From Candidatus Bathyarchaeota archaeon (GTDB lineage Archaea; Thermoproteota; Bathyarchaeia; Bathyarchaeales; Bathycorpusculaceae), in assembly GCA_963772505.1 (NCBI GenBank), contig CAVYXL010000015.1, forward strand, positions 87,145-151,144: a DNA stretch of 64,000 nt, in the 5' to 3' direction. Below the pieces are notes generated by a model. It saw only the letters and a list, made by a program, of their open reading frames with translations, ran no database searches and had not been told where the DNA came from. Below are positions 19,593-28,388 of this stretch, piece after piece. How positions within the stretch are numbered: the stretch's first letter is position 1; the number at the start of each line of letters is the position of its first letter. The translations under genes were made by a program, and so were the position numbers.

Positions 19593-20522
19593 ATGAGTGT
19601 TGAATCTTCATCGTCTTTCAAAAACTGGGCATCAAGTTTCTGGAATCATGTTGACGAGTTAGTCCGCCGTTTCAAAGTAATTCTAATAGCTGTTATCATC
19701 ACTGTCTCTATTGGATGGCTGCCAACTAGCATAGCAGGGCTAACAAATCCCATCGGTGGATATCAACCTCTTCTCTCGCTTGCAATGCTTAGAATAAAAG
19801 CAGATTTTCTGCCAAAACAAGCAACACTGATTGCCGGAGGGCTGGGAGACACCGTTTTTATCATGGCTTATCTGTCAATAATTGTGGGGTTGTTGCTTGC
19901 TTCTCCGGTAATATTCTATGAAGTTGTTGCTTTCGTTAAACCAGCATTGTATGATAACGAAAAAAAAGTTTTAGGATATTATCTTGGTTCGTTCATTGGA
20001 CTTTTGGCTTTGGGAGCAGCCATGGCTTATTTCCTTATAGTTCCAATATCGTTTAGAATCTTAATTTATTTCACTATGCAAGGAGGCTCGGTGCCTTTCA
20101 TTTTTATTAAGGATTTTTACAATTGGATTTTCACTTTGTTTGTAATTTGCGGCGTTTTCTACACTGTTCCAGTTTTTGTCGTAATGCTTGTGCATGTAGG
20201 CGTTTTGCCTATGAAATTTTTGAGAGGAAGAAACAAAATTATTGCTTACGTGATAATTTTGGTTGCTTTTTGGATTTTTGGTCCTGACCCTACTCCACTC
20301 ACTGGCTTAATTATGCTGGCACCTTTTGTCTTAGTTTTTGAAACAGCTACCTTCTTTGCTGGAAGAATAGATAAACAACGTAAACGAAGAAAGGAAGCAG
20401 AAGCAAATGGAACAGCCACTTCAGTTCAAAACTATTTTTCGAAATCTTCTTGCAGATATTGCAACTTGCCAATTGAGCACAGCTCAGTATTTTGTCCGGG
20501 ATGCAAACGCGCAATAAGATAA
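19593..20522 (+). CDS. tatC: Twin-arginine translocase TatC with C-terminal zinc ribbon
   Basis: HVDELVRR, FVKPALYDNEKK, PDP; tail CRYC-x10-CPGC. Confidence 0.9.
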   Translation: MSVESSSSFKNWASSFWNHVDELVRRFKVILIAVIITVSIGWLPTSIAGLTNPIGGYQPLLSLAMLRIKADFLPKQATLIAGGLGDTVFIMAYLSIIVGLLLASPVIFYEVVAFVKPALYDNEKKVLGYYLGSFIGLLALGAAMAYFLIVPISFRILIYFTMQGGSVPFIFIKDFYNWIFTLFVICGVFYTVPVFVVMLVHVGVLPMKFLRGRNKIIAYVIILVAFWIFGPDPTPLTGLIMLAPFVLVFETATFFAGRIDKQRKRRKEAEANGTATSVQNYFSKSSCRYCNLPIEHSSVFCPGCKRAIR

Positions 20523-20658
20523 AATCTTTACTCGAAAATTCAAACACGCTTCAACCCAAAACACTTCGAAACATAATCTTATACGAAAGAGCTATTGGAA
20601 AATCCCAGTAAAGGCTTAAATTCGCAAGGTTACATGGATATTTTACAGGTGAAAAAAT

Positions 20659-21009
20659 TTGGTTTACTGTTCAAAATGTGGAGAGAAACTTGACGATAAC
20701 GCTTATTTCTGCTTTAAATGTGGAACAAAAACAGAAAAAGCCAAAGCTGCGAAAGTTCAATATCCAGCCGATGAATTACGGGATGCTTTTTCCCAAGTTG
20801 GAATAGAACTTGAAAAAGCCTTCAACTTGGCAGCACGTGAAACACAAAATGCAATCCAAAAAGTAAAAGAAAATTGGCAGCAAAAACCACCGCCACTGTC
20901 AACAGTAACTTGTACTCAATGTACCACAAAAAATCCTAAGGACGCAGTTTACTGTAACAGCTGCGGCACAAAACTTACACCAAACGAAGAGCCACATGGT
21001 AGCACATAA
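20659..21009 (+). CDS. Double zinc-ribbon protein
   Basis: CSKCG..FCFKCG and CTQC..YCNSCG. Confidence 0.85.
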   Translation: MVYCSKCGEKLDDNAYFCFKCGTKTEKAKAAKVQYPADELRDAFSQVGIELEKAFNLAARETQNAIQKVKENWQQKPPPLSTVTCTQCTTKNPKDAVYCNSCGTKLTPNEEPHGST

Positions 21010-21011
21010 AA

Positions 21012-21485
21012 ATGGAAACAAATAAGACGCTAATAGCATACGAAACAAAAGGTGGAGCAACTGAAGAATCAGCTAGAAAAATAGCTGAAATTCTGCGTTC
21101 GAAATACCAGTTAGAAGTTGACTTGGTCGACCTCAAAAAACAAAAATTGCCCGATTTGGTCCAGTACCATAATGTGATAGTTGGAGCTGGAGTCAGAAGC
21201 GGCAGAGTATACAGTAAAGCCTTAAAATTTCTGCAAAGCGACTTGAGCGGCAAAAACGTTGCGTTCTATACTTCTTCCTCTTGGGGAGGCACACCAGGAA
21301 GTTATGCAAATGCAAGAGCTAAATTCGTGGAAAACACGTTAGCAAAATACCCCAACATTAATCCTGTAAGTGCAGAAGCCTTTGGCGGAAGAATAAGAAT
21401 GCTGAGAAAAACCATGTTAGATAACACGGATATGTCGAAGGTTGAGGCTTGGGCAGAAGAACTTGGAAAAAAATTCACTCAATAA
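21012..21485 (+). CDS. Flavodoxin-domain protein (HemG-like fold)
   Basis: LIAYETKGGATEESA, AFGGR. Confidence 0.85.
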   Translation: METNKTLIAYETKGGATEESARKIAEILRSKYQLEVDLVDLKKQKLPDLVQYHNVIVGAGVRSGRVYSKALKFLQSDLSGKNVAFYTSSSWGGTPGSYANARAKFVENTLAKYPNINPVSAEAFGGRIRMLRKTMLDNTDMSKVEAWAEELGKKFTQ

Positions 21486-21675
21486 ACAAACAGTAGCAAA
21501 GGCAGGCGCTCTGCTTTGCCCAACGTGCATTGTGGAATACGTTGAAGTTGAGTTTGATTTTGAAGTTGACGGTGTCATCTTGCATAATGTGAAGGCACTT
21601 AGATGCCCAGAGTGTGAAGAAGAGACATTCACGCCCCAACAAGTCGAAGAAATCAGAAAACGAATCAACACTTAA
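21463..21675 (+). CDS. YgiT/MqsA-type zinc-finger protein
   Basis: CPTC...NVKALRCPECEEETFTPQQ. Confidence 0.75.
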   Translation: MEKNSLNKQTVAKAGALLCPTCIVEYVEVEFDFEVDGVILHNVKALRCPECEEETFTPQQVEEIRKRINT

Positions 21676-21787
21676 CATTTCTTTCTCCAAAAACACAACA
21701 AAAAAGATCACAGGAAATCAACATCAACTATCGTCGGTTCTAATTTCAGGTCTTAAAGTTTATCAAGATTTTTGGAAAAGACCTTTT

Positions 21788-22654
21788 TCAAACCTTTGAG
21801 TTTTTCTCTTTACGGTATACCAACAAAAAAGTACCTTCCGCAATTATAATTAGAGAAATCAGCATCGCCCATGTTGGATACTCTGGAATTTGAGATTGTA
21901 AATTCTTGAAAGTTATGAGTTGGTCGCCTGGAATGGGTTTTGTATAATTCGAAGTTATGTTGAAGGCGGCGATTTGCATACCGTTGAATCTGCTTAGTGT
22001 AAAGTTTACAGGGGTTCTTGTGTCATCGCGGATAATTGAACAGTCACCTGGTACAACATAAACCATGATGTCAGAGCATTTTGCTTGGAATACAACATTA
22101 AATATAGCAACGGAATTGTTGGACGAGTAAGATAAGTATGGACTTATGTTCAGGTCGTAGAGGAACATGTTAGTTCCGTTAACCGGCATTATAGGGTGTT
22201 GATAATGTATTGTCATAAGAAAATCAGGTGAAGTAGGTTGAATTGAGCAATAGATCATAGGCCACTCGCCCAAATACGTATAATGCAACATACCAGGATG
22301 TGTTTGCGAGTAGTTGCTATAATCAACTTTTTGCCCATCTAATTCTACAGAAATATTTGTTGTTCCTTGAGGGGTAGGGTAGAGCATTGGAAGCTCTTGA
22401 CCCACCCAGGCTAAAGGAATGTGCATCGGAAAAAACCCATCAACTGTTGCCCAAAAACTTCCGTTAACCATGGAGATTGTATAATTGATATACTCAACTG
22501 GCATAGAAAACGATTGAAGAGTAGACTGCGAATCTGAACCAACTGAATAGTAACCACTTTCTGCCGAAGCTTTAGAAGTTACATTTTCTGGATAAACGGC
22601 TAGTACTAGGCACATTAGCATAAAGCTGATGAGAATAAAAGCAGTCCGTTTCAT
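21788..22654 (-). CDS. Secreted protein with PEF-CTERM-like anchor
   Basis: Signal peptide; IPEYP + TM + RKEK. Confidence 0.75.
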   Translation of the reverse strand: MKRTAFILISFMLMCLVLAVYPENVTSKASAESGYYSVGSDSQSTLQSFSMPVEYINYTISMVNGSFWATVDGFFPMHIPLAWVGQELPMLYPTPQGTTNISVELDGQKVDYSNYSQTHPGMLHYTYLGEWPMIYCSIQPTSPDFLMTIHYQHPIMPVNGTNMFLYDLNISPYLSYSSNNSVAIFNVVFQAKCSDIMVYVVPGDCSIIRDDTRTPVNFTLSRFNGMQIAAFNITSNYTKPIPGDQLITFKNLQSQIPEYPTWAMLISLIIIAEGTFLLVYRKEKNSKV

Positions 22655-24063
22655 CGCATTTGCCTTTTGACATTGAAATTAATTGTAGCCCCTCGTTTTT
22701 TATAATAGAGCAAAAGACTGAAACAAACAATAATTGCTGATATTATGGAAATGACAATAATTATTGTTGAGTTTGGCTGGGTTTGCTCGATAGGCAGAGT
22801 TGCAGGCGTTTGGGAGGGCGATTGGCTAAATAAAGATGGAGTATTTGGGGCGGGCGTTGAGGATGAAAGAGAAATAGATGAGGTTGTTGGAGTGGGAGTT
22901 TGGGATGGTGCTGTTGGAGTTGAAGTAGGAATTGGGGAAATGACGAGCGGATTCATAACTGGGTAATAATCAGTGTTGTTAGCGTTTATAAGGTAAGGCG
23001 AATCACCGATACCATCATGGTTAACATCAGATCCATTATAATCGCTCCAATAGTTGCCTTGAGTGTTATTATTCCAGAAGTTTTGAGGACAGCCAGGGGC
23101 AACATAAACGTTTTTAGAGTTACTGAAAAAATTATTTCCGTAAAAATAGTTATTGTAAACATTGTTCCAAACCATCGAAACTATCCGATATCCCAAGGAG
23201 ACACCGTATAAATCGCCTTCAAATTTATTATCGTAGACAACATTGTTGAAAGAACCGTCAGATAAGTAAAGACCTCCACCTCCACCCCCGTCTTCACCCT
23301 CTTGTTCTGGACCTATTTTTCCACTAACGATGTTTCCAGCGATCACATTGTAACTAGATTTTAGTATAAGTATGCCAGACGAACCATTGGTTAAAGTATT
23401 GTCTATAATTGTGTTATTTTGAGAATTAGGCGTTATTTGAATGCTGCATTCATCATTGAAGATGTTATTGGCGATTTGAGTGTTGTTGCATTCTATTTCG
23501 ATTCCTACTCCTTGACCAGGACCAATAAGACCACTGGTAAAAGTGTTGCCGATAATGTTGTTCCACGAACCTGTACCTTGTACACCATAACCGTTTGACA
23601 GGCTGTTTCCAACAATCTGGTTACTACTAGATGAAACCAAGCTGATGCAATTGAAACTCGAAATGGTGTTTCCACTAACAGTGTTACCTGAACTATCTGA
23701 AAAAGAAATGGCTGACCCAAACTGAGTAATTTTCAAGTTTTCAATAGTGATATTGTTTTGGTTTTGCACTGTTACAGCTTGGTACCATTGCGGACCATTT
23801 CCTTGAAGGACGAAGCCTGCGCCGTTAAGAATACTGTTGCTACATTGAATTTCAAGTGTGTAATTTGAAATATCACTTGTGAAAGTAAATGTGTTCCCGT
23901 TTCTGTGAATAGGCAAAGTTTGGGGGTCAATGCTTCCATCGCTTCTAATGTAGGCGCTCGAAATAGGCGGACCAGGAATCGGATCAGCTAACGAAAATCT
24001 AACAATTAAGCATGAGGACATTAAGAGGGTGAGAGCAAGCATCAAAGCGAAACTTTTACACAT
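22651..24063 (-). CDS. NosD/CASH beta-helix surface protein
   Basis: Asn-rich beta-helix repeats, GNYWSDY..D.NHDGIGD.PY, Pro/Thr/Ser linker, TM tail. Confidence 0.88.
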   Translation of the reverse strand: MCKSFALMLALTLLMSSCLIVRFSLADPIPGPPISSAYIRSDGSIDPQTLPIHRNGNTFTFTSDISNYTLEIQCSNSILNGAGFVLQGNGPQWYQAVTVQNQNNITIENLKITQFGSAISFSDSSGNTVSGNTISSFNCISLVSSSSNQIVGNSLSNGYGVQGTGSWNNIIGNTFTSGLIGPGQGVGIEIECNNTQIANNIFNDECSIQITPNSQNNTIIDNTLTNGSSGILILKSSYNVIAGNIVSGKIGPEQEGEDGGGGGGLYLSDGSFNNVVYDNKFEGDLYGVSLGYRIVSMVWNNVYNNYFYGNNFFSNSKNVYVAPGCPQNFWNNNTQGNYWSDYNGSDVNHDGIGDSPYLINANNTDYYPVMNPLVISPIPTSTPTAPSQTPTPTTSSISLSSSTPAPNTPSLFSQSPSQTPATLPIEQTQPNSTIIIVISIISAIIVCFSLLLYYKKRGATINFNVKRQMR

Positions 24064-24471
24064 TTTTCATCAAGTTTATTTGGTTTTTTTTATGATAAAA
24101 GGTTTGTTGCCAACGGTTCCGAATTACCTCCAGATTTTTTAGTCAGTTTCTTGACAAGACAAGTTGTTATTGATTTGTCGAATCGAGTAGAGCTAAGAGG
24201 GGATTGCTTTTGCTTTGTTGTTTTTCCGGCGAAAAGCTAGTGGAGAAAGGATTCATTTCTCTTTTGTGATTTTCGCTTATCAAAAATTGGACGAAAATAA
24301 TAAACTGTGATTGCTTTGACAAAGTTTTTGCATCAATGACTTTCATAGCAGTTTAAAATTTGTGCATTAAGCGCCCTTTTATGCGTCGCAAGGTTTTTAT
24401 GCTCCTCTGAAGTCTCTAAGGTGTCTCACCAACATATATTAAAGAGAAAAATAATGGATTGATAGACTAAC

Positions 24472-24780
24472 ATGGTAAGAAAAGCACGAATACGCCTCAC
24501 AAGTACAGATTATGCGAAATTAGAAGAGGTTTGCGGAGAACTAAGAAGCATCGCTCAAAAAACAGGTGTAAAAATTAACGGTCCAGTACCACTACCCACA
24601 AAGCGGCTGCGTGTTCCAGTTCTAAAAGCGCCATCTGGCGAAGGAACAGCAACGTGGGACAGATGGGAAATGCGCATACACAAACGCTTAATCGATATCG
24701 ACTCAGAAGAACGAGTTATGCGTCGAATCATGCGTATACGTGTGCCCGAAGAAGTTCACGTAACGATCGAACTCATCTAA
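24472..24780 (+). CDS. rpsJ: 30S ribosomal protein S10
   Basis: [27 protein letters not shown]. Confidence 0.98.
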   Translation: MVRKARIRLTSTDYAKLEEVCGELRSIAQKTGVKINGPVPLPTKRLRVPVLKAPSGEGTATWDRWEMRIHKRLIDIDSEERVMRRIMRIRVPEEVHVTIELI

Positions 24781-24825
24781 ATTATTCTTTTTAATATTAT
24801 TTTTAGTTTTTATTTTTCATCTTGA

Positions 24826-25785
24826 TTAGTGCATTTGCTCTAATTGCTTTTTTCCCTTTTCAAAAACATAAACAAATTCAGCATATATTCGCAGGTAATA
24901 CGCCCAGTAGCCTTTCCAATTGCCGTATTTCTCAGCTAAATTACATACATTTTCATCGGTCATCGGTTGATCTTTTCCGTTATAGATTCGTCCAGCGTCC
25001 AAAGCCAAGTCAGGTCCAACCATCGATATTTTTTCCATTCTGCCCAACCCACGTATCATCACAAAGTTCGCTGACCAATCACCGATACCTTTAATACCCT
25101 TTAGCCACTCAAGAACCTCATCATAAGGCCCTTTTCTGAGCCATTGTTCATCAACTTGACTAAACGCCTTAACCACCTCTGATAGGTACTCTGCCTTCCT
25201 CTTGTTTGGAACAACTTCTAATAATTCTTCAATTGAACATGCAACCAATTTTGCTGGTTCAGGAAACGTATGGTAATCCAAGCCGTTGATCTTAATGTGG
25301 TCACCAAACTTTTGAGTAATTTGTTCTTTCATTTTTCGAGCGAAGGACATAGGTATTCTTTGAGTTAAAATTGCCCAGCAAGCAATCTCAAAAGGAGTCA
25401 AGAATTTAACTTGCTTATGACCATAAAATCGTTTTACAATTGGACTAAAACACTTGTCAGCCTTAGCGATTTTGTAAAACTCGCTTAAATCATCTTGAAG
25501 GCTCAGAAAGAAGTTTATCCGATCGATAAGTAAATTTTCAATTTCTTCAGTAAATTCGGTCTCTGAGTAAGCAACGAACTTTAATCTGGGGTTTTCTACA
25601 GTTCCATTTGAAGTTAGTTCAAAAACGATTGGTCTGCCTCTAATTTCAATAGCTTTTGTTAACGAAGCACTCTTTACAGCTTGTTCATTTTTCATTGGCG
25701 TAAAATCTGATAAGAATTCGAGAGATTGTAAAAAGTCAAAAGGAGCGACAGGCCCAATCAAACCCTCAAGAGAATGGACACTCAA
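24826..25785 (-). CDS. alkA: AlkA-family DNA-3-methyladenine glycosylase II
   Basis: PFE..WAILTQ, FPEP, HhH motif LKGIKGIGDWSA. Confidence 0.88.
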   Translation of the reverse strand: MSVHSLEGLIGPVAPFDFLQSLEFLSDFTPMKNEQAVKSASLTKAIEIRGRPIVFELTSNGTVENPRLKFVAYSETEFTEEIENLLIDRINFFLSLQDDLSEFYKIAKADKCFSPIVKRFYGHKQVKFLTPFEIACWAILTQRIPMSFARKMKEQITQKFGDHIKINGLDYHTFPEPAKLVACSIEELLEVVPNKRKAEYLSEVVKAFSQVDEQWLRKGPYDEVLEWLKGIKGIGDWSANFVMIRGLGRMEKISMVGPDLALDAGRIYNGKDQPMTDENVCNLAEKYGNWKGYWAYYLRIYAEFVYVFEKGKKQLEQMH

Positions 25786-25821
25786 AAACTACACCGATTT
25801 AATGGAAGCTAAAAGACCAAT

Positions 25822-26115
25822 TTAAACTGTCTGTACATGCTTTTTTGCATCAGCCTTCTCTTTTGCAAGCCTTTGCTGAAGAATTTTTTTCGCTTTCTCT
25901 AATTCCCTTCGGCGGGTTTCTGGCAAGTTCTTGCCGCCTCTATTGATGAAGTATTGAATCATTTTTATTGCAGAGCCTAAACCCTTTGGAGAAACATTTT
26001 TTTCAGCCATTGTATCAGCAATTTGTTGAGCTGATCCTGTAAACGTTCCTGGCGGAGGATGAGTAGAGTCGGTCTTGACTTTCTTAACCCAATATTCGCT
26101 TTTAGCATTTGCCAT
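25822..26115 (-). CDS. DUF3175 family protein
   Basis: STHPPPGTF, MIQYFINRGGKNL...RELEKAK. Confidence 0.8.
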   Translation of the reverse strand: MANAKSEYWVKKVKTDSTHPPPGTFTGSAQQIADTMAEKNVSPKGLGSAIKMIQYFINRGGKNLPETRRRELEKAKKILQQRLAKEKADAKKHVQTV

Positions 26116-26216
26116 TATCTCACCACTTTAAAAATCAAGAAAAAACTATCTATAATATTGGGTCAGCGGAAATAAAAAAGATTTTGCGTCGCTCGAAAGT
26201 ATTGCTAAACAATTTT

Positions 26217-27032
26217 TTATGGGATATGCAGGTAAGTAAATATTGCTAAAATAACGCTTGGGACAAATGCCATCGCCCAGAGTTTCTTGTTGAAACTGAA
26301 GATTTTGTATCCATCTAAGATTCCGAATGGAATTAGGTTAAAGACTGCCATGAAAGCATTGATGTAAGCGGCGAAAAATAACATGCTCACAAACAGACTT
26401 GATGGTAGAGCAAGTGCAAATCCAAGAAGGGTCGTTGAGAAAATTAGGTTAATGGCTGGGCCGGCAATTGAAATCTTGACTATCTCGTCACCCGTAGGTT
26501 GACCGGCAAGCATCATTGCACCCGGCGAAATCATTTTGAAAGGCAAAAACACGGATACCAAAGTTAAAACTGATCCCCAAGTTGTTAGGCGAAATTCTGC
26601 CCACAACCCACTCTTTTGACCCATAATTTTATGGCCGATTTCATGAGCCAAAAAAGATGCTGTCATGATAACTGCGAAAATGCCCATCACTTCGTAAGTC
26701 CATTGTGGGTTGAAGCCACCGAGTAAGTTTCCAAACAAGCCTATGGAGAATCCGATGCCGATAACAAGCGCTGCTGCAATCGATATGTGCTTGACTTCTT
26801 TTTGGCTGAAGTAGACATGGCGCTGACGTTTAGGCGCACCCAGATTGTAGCTGTATTGATAAGAATTGTATGTTTGAGCCGTCATTACTTGTTCTTGTCT
26901 TTGTGTACGTGCCGAAGATATTTGTGGGCATGTATGGTTTTCAGGTAGGCGATGTGAACTGCAAAATTGTCCGCCGCAAAATGGACATCGGAATGGAAGA
27001 AGAGTTTCTTGTTCGCAAACCTGGCATTTCAT
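26217..27032 (-). CDS. AN1 zinc finger fused to M50 (site-2) metalloprotease
   Basis: CxxC..PFRCPFCGGQFCSSHRLPENHTC; HEIGH, AGP, FNLIPFGILDG. Confidence 0.9.
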   Translation of the reverse strand: MKCQVCEQETLLPFRCPFCGGQFCSSHRLPENHTCPQISSARTQRQEQVMTAQTYNSYQYSYNLGAPKRQRHVYFSQKEVKHISIAAALVIGIGFSIGLFGNLLGGFNPQWTYEVMGIFAVIMTASFLAHEIGHKIMGQKSGLWAEFRLTTWGSVLTLVSVFLPFKMISPGAMMLAGQPTGDEIVKISIAGPAINLIFSTTLLGFALALPSSLFVSMLFFAAYINAFMAVFNLIPFGILDGYKIFSFNKKLWAMAFVPSVILAIFTYLHIP

Positions 27033-27185
27033 CTAATTTAAGCGCCTTTCCAACTATCATGCATGTGGTTCCTTATATTTTTCTCCTTTTAAAACCAAAG
27101 ATTCCCCTGATTTGTTAAAAAGATAAACGCTAAAATAAGCAAACTACTACTGTGAAGCGTAAGGGGAAGAAAAGGGAGAGGTAAC

Positions 27186-28388
27186 TTGAAGCCGTTTAGT
27201 TTTATTCACGCTGCTGATTTGCATTTAGGCTACTCGCAGTATGGATTGGAAGCTAGAAGGCAAGATTTTGATAATGCATTTAAAGAATTGGTGGACAAAG
27301 CAATCGAGTTAAAACCTGATTTCATGATTATTGCAGGTGACCTCTTTCATCAGCCGAGACCCTCAAACGTCACATTAGAAAACACAATTCGAAGCTTTAA
27401 GAGGCTTAAAGATGCAGGTATCCTAGTTTTAACGGTTGATGGATCACATGATTCTGCTCCAAACACTATAACCGGAACAATCCTTTATCCATTAGATAGT
27501 GCGGGATTGATTAATCATCTGCCAAGACAGAAAGATGCATGCTGGCGCAAAGAGGATAGCTGCTATGTTTATGGCATACCTAATTTTCACAATAGGCATA
27601 GAACCGAAGAGGCACTACCAAAATTCCTAGACGAAAATCCACCAGTACCCGATAATAAGATTTGCAACATTTTCGTTTTTCACGGCGCAGTGGATCTGCC
27701 AAATGTCAATCCACCATTCGAACCTGAATTTTCACCTCAACTTATGCCAGACGGCTTTAACTATTATGCAGCAGGGCACATCCACGAGCGATTCTCAGAG
27801 AAGTTCAAAACAGGCACCCTATTATACAGCGGCTGCACAGAAACAGCTGATTATAGGGAAGCAAAATATCAAAAAGGGTTCCTCTATGTCAAGGTAAATG
27901 AAAAAGGCGAAATAACTCCCGAGTTCAACGAGTTAACTTCAATTCGCAAATTTATCATTTTTGAACAAGACTTCACAGGGATGGCATCAGCGAAAATTAC
28001 TGAATTAGCTACTTCACTTGTTAAAGAAGCTGACTTTGAAGGAGCCATAATAATTCCAGTGTTAAAAGGCACGCTTCCAGCTGAAGCAAGCCGGGCAGAA
28101 ATTGACATAGGCAAAATCCGCAGCGCAGGAGAGAAAAGTTTACTTGTTCATCCAATTGTACTGCTTAAAGAAAGCGTTGTTTCAGACGAAATAGTGCGAT
28201 CAATTTTTGAAAGCGAATTCAAAGATTTAAAAACCAAAGCATTTGAGTATTTTCTGCAGATTTTTGCTGAACGGTACGACAAAGAAGAAGCTGAAAAAAT
28301 CGCCCATTCTGCACTTAGCTTAATTGAACCTTTAACACGAAAGCAGGATGAAAAAATAAAGCAAGTCATTGAGGAGCTGGCAAAATGA
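27186..28388 (+). CDS. mre11: Mre11 nuclease
   Basis: ADLHLG, AGDLF, GSHD, YYAAGHIH. Confidence 0.92.
   Translation: MKPFSFIHAADLHLGYSQYGLEARRQDFDNAFKELVDKAIELKPDFMIIAGDLFHQPRPSNVTLENTIRSFKRLKDAGILVLTVDGSHDSAPNTITGTILYPLDSAGLINHLPRQKDACWRKEDSCYVYGIPNFHNRHRTEEALPKFLDENPPVPDNKICNIFVFHGAVDLPNVNPPFEPEFSPQLMPDGFNYYAAGHIHERFSEKFKTGTLLYSGCTETADYREAKYQKGFLYVKVNEKGEITPEFNELTSIRKFIIFEQDFTGMASAKITELATSLVKEADFEGAIIIPVLKGTLPAEASRAEIDIGKIRSAGEKSLLVHPIVLLKESVVSDEIVRSIFESEFKDLKTKAFEYFLQIFAERYDKEEAEKIAHSALSLIEPLTRKQDEKIKQVIEELAK

Noticed and set aside
27160-27185. Purine-rich mre11 leader as a target of the sRNA loop
   Set aside because: Only six contiguous pairs with several mismatches; not significant without a genome-wide scan.
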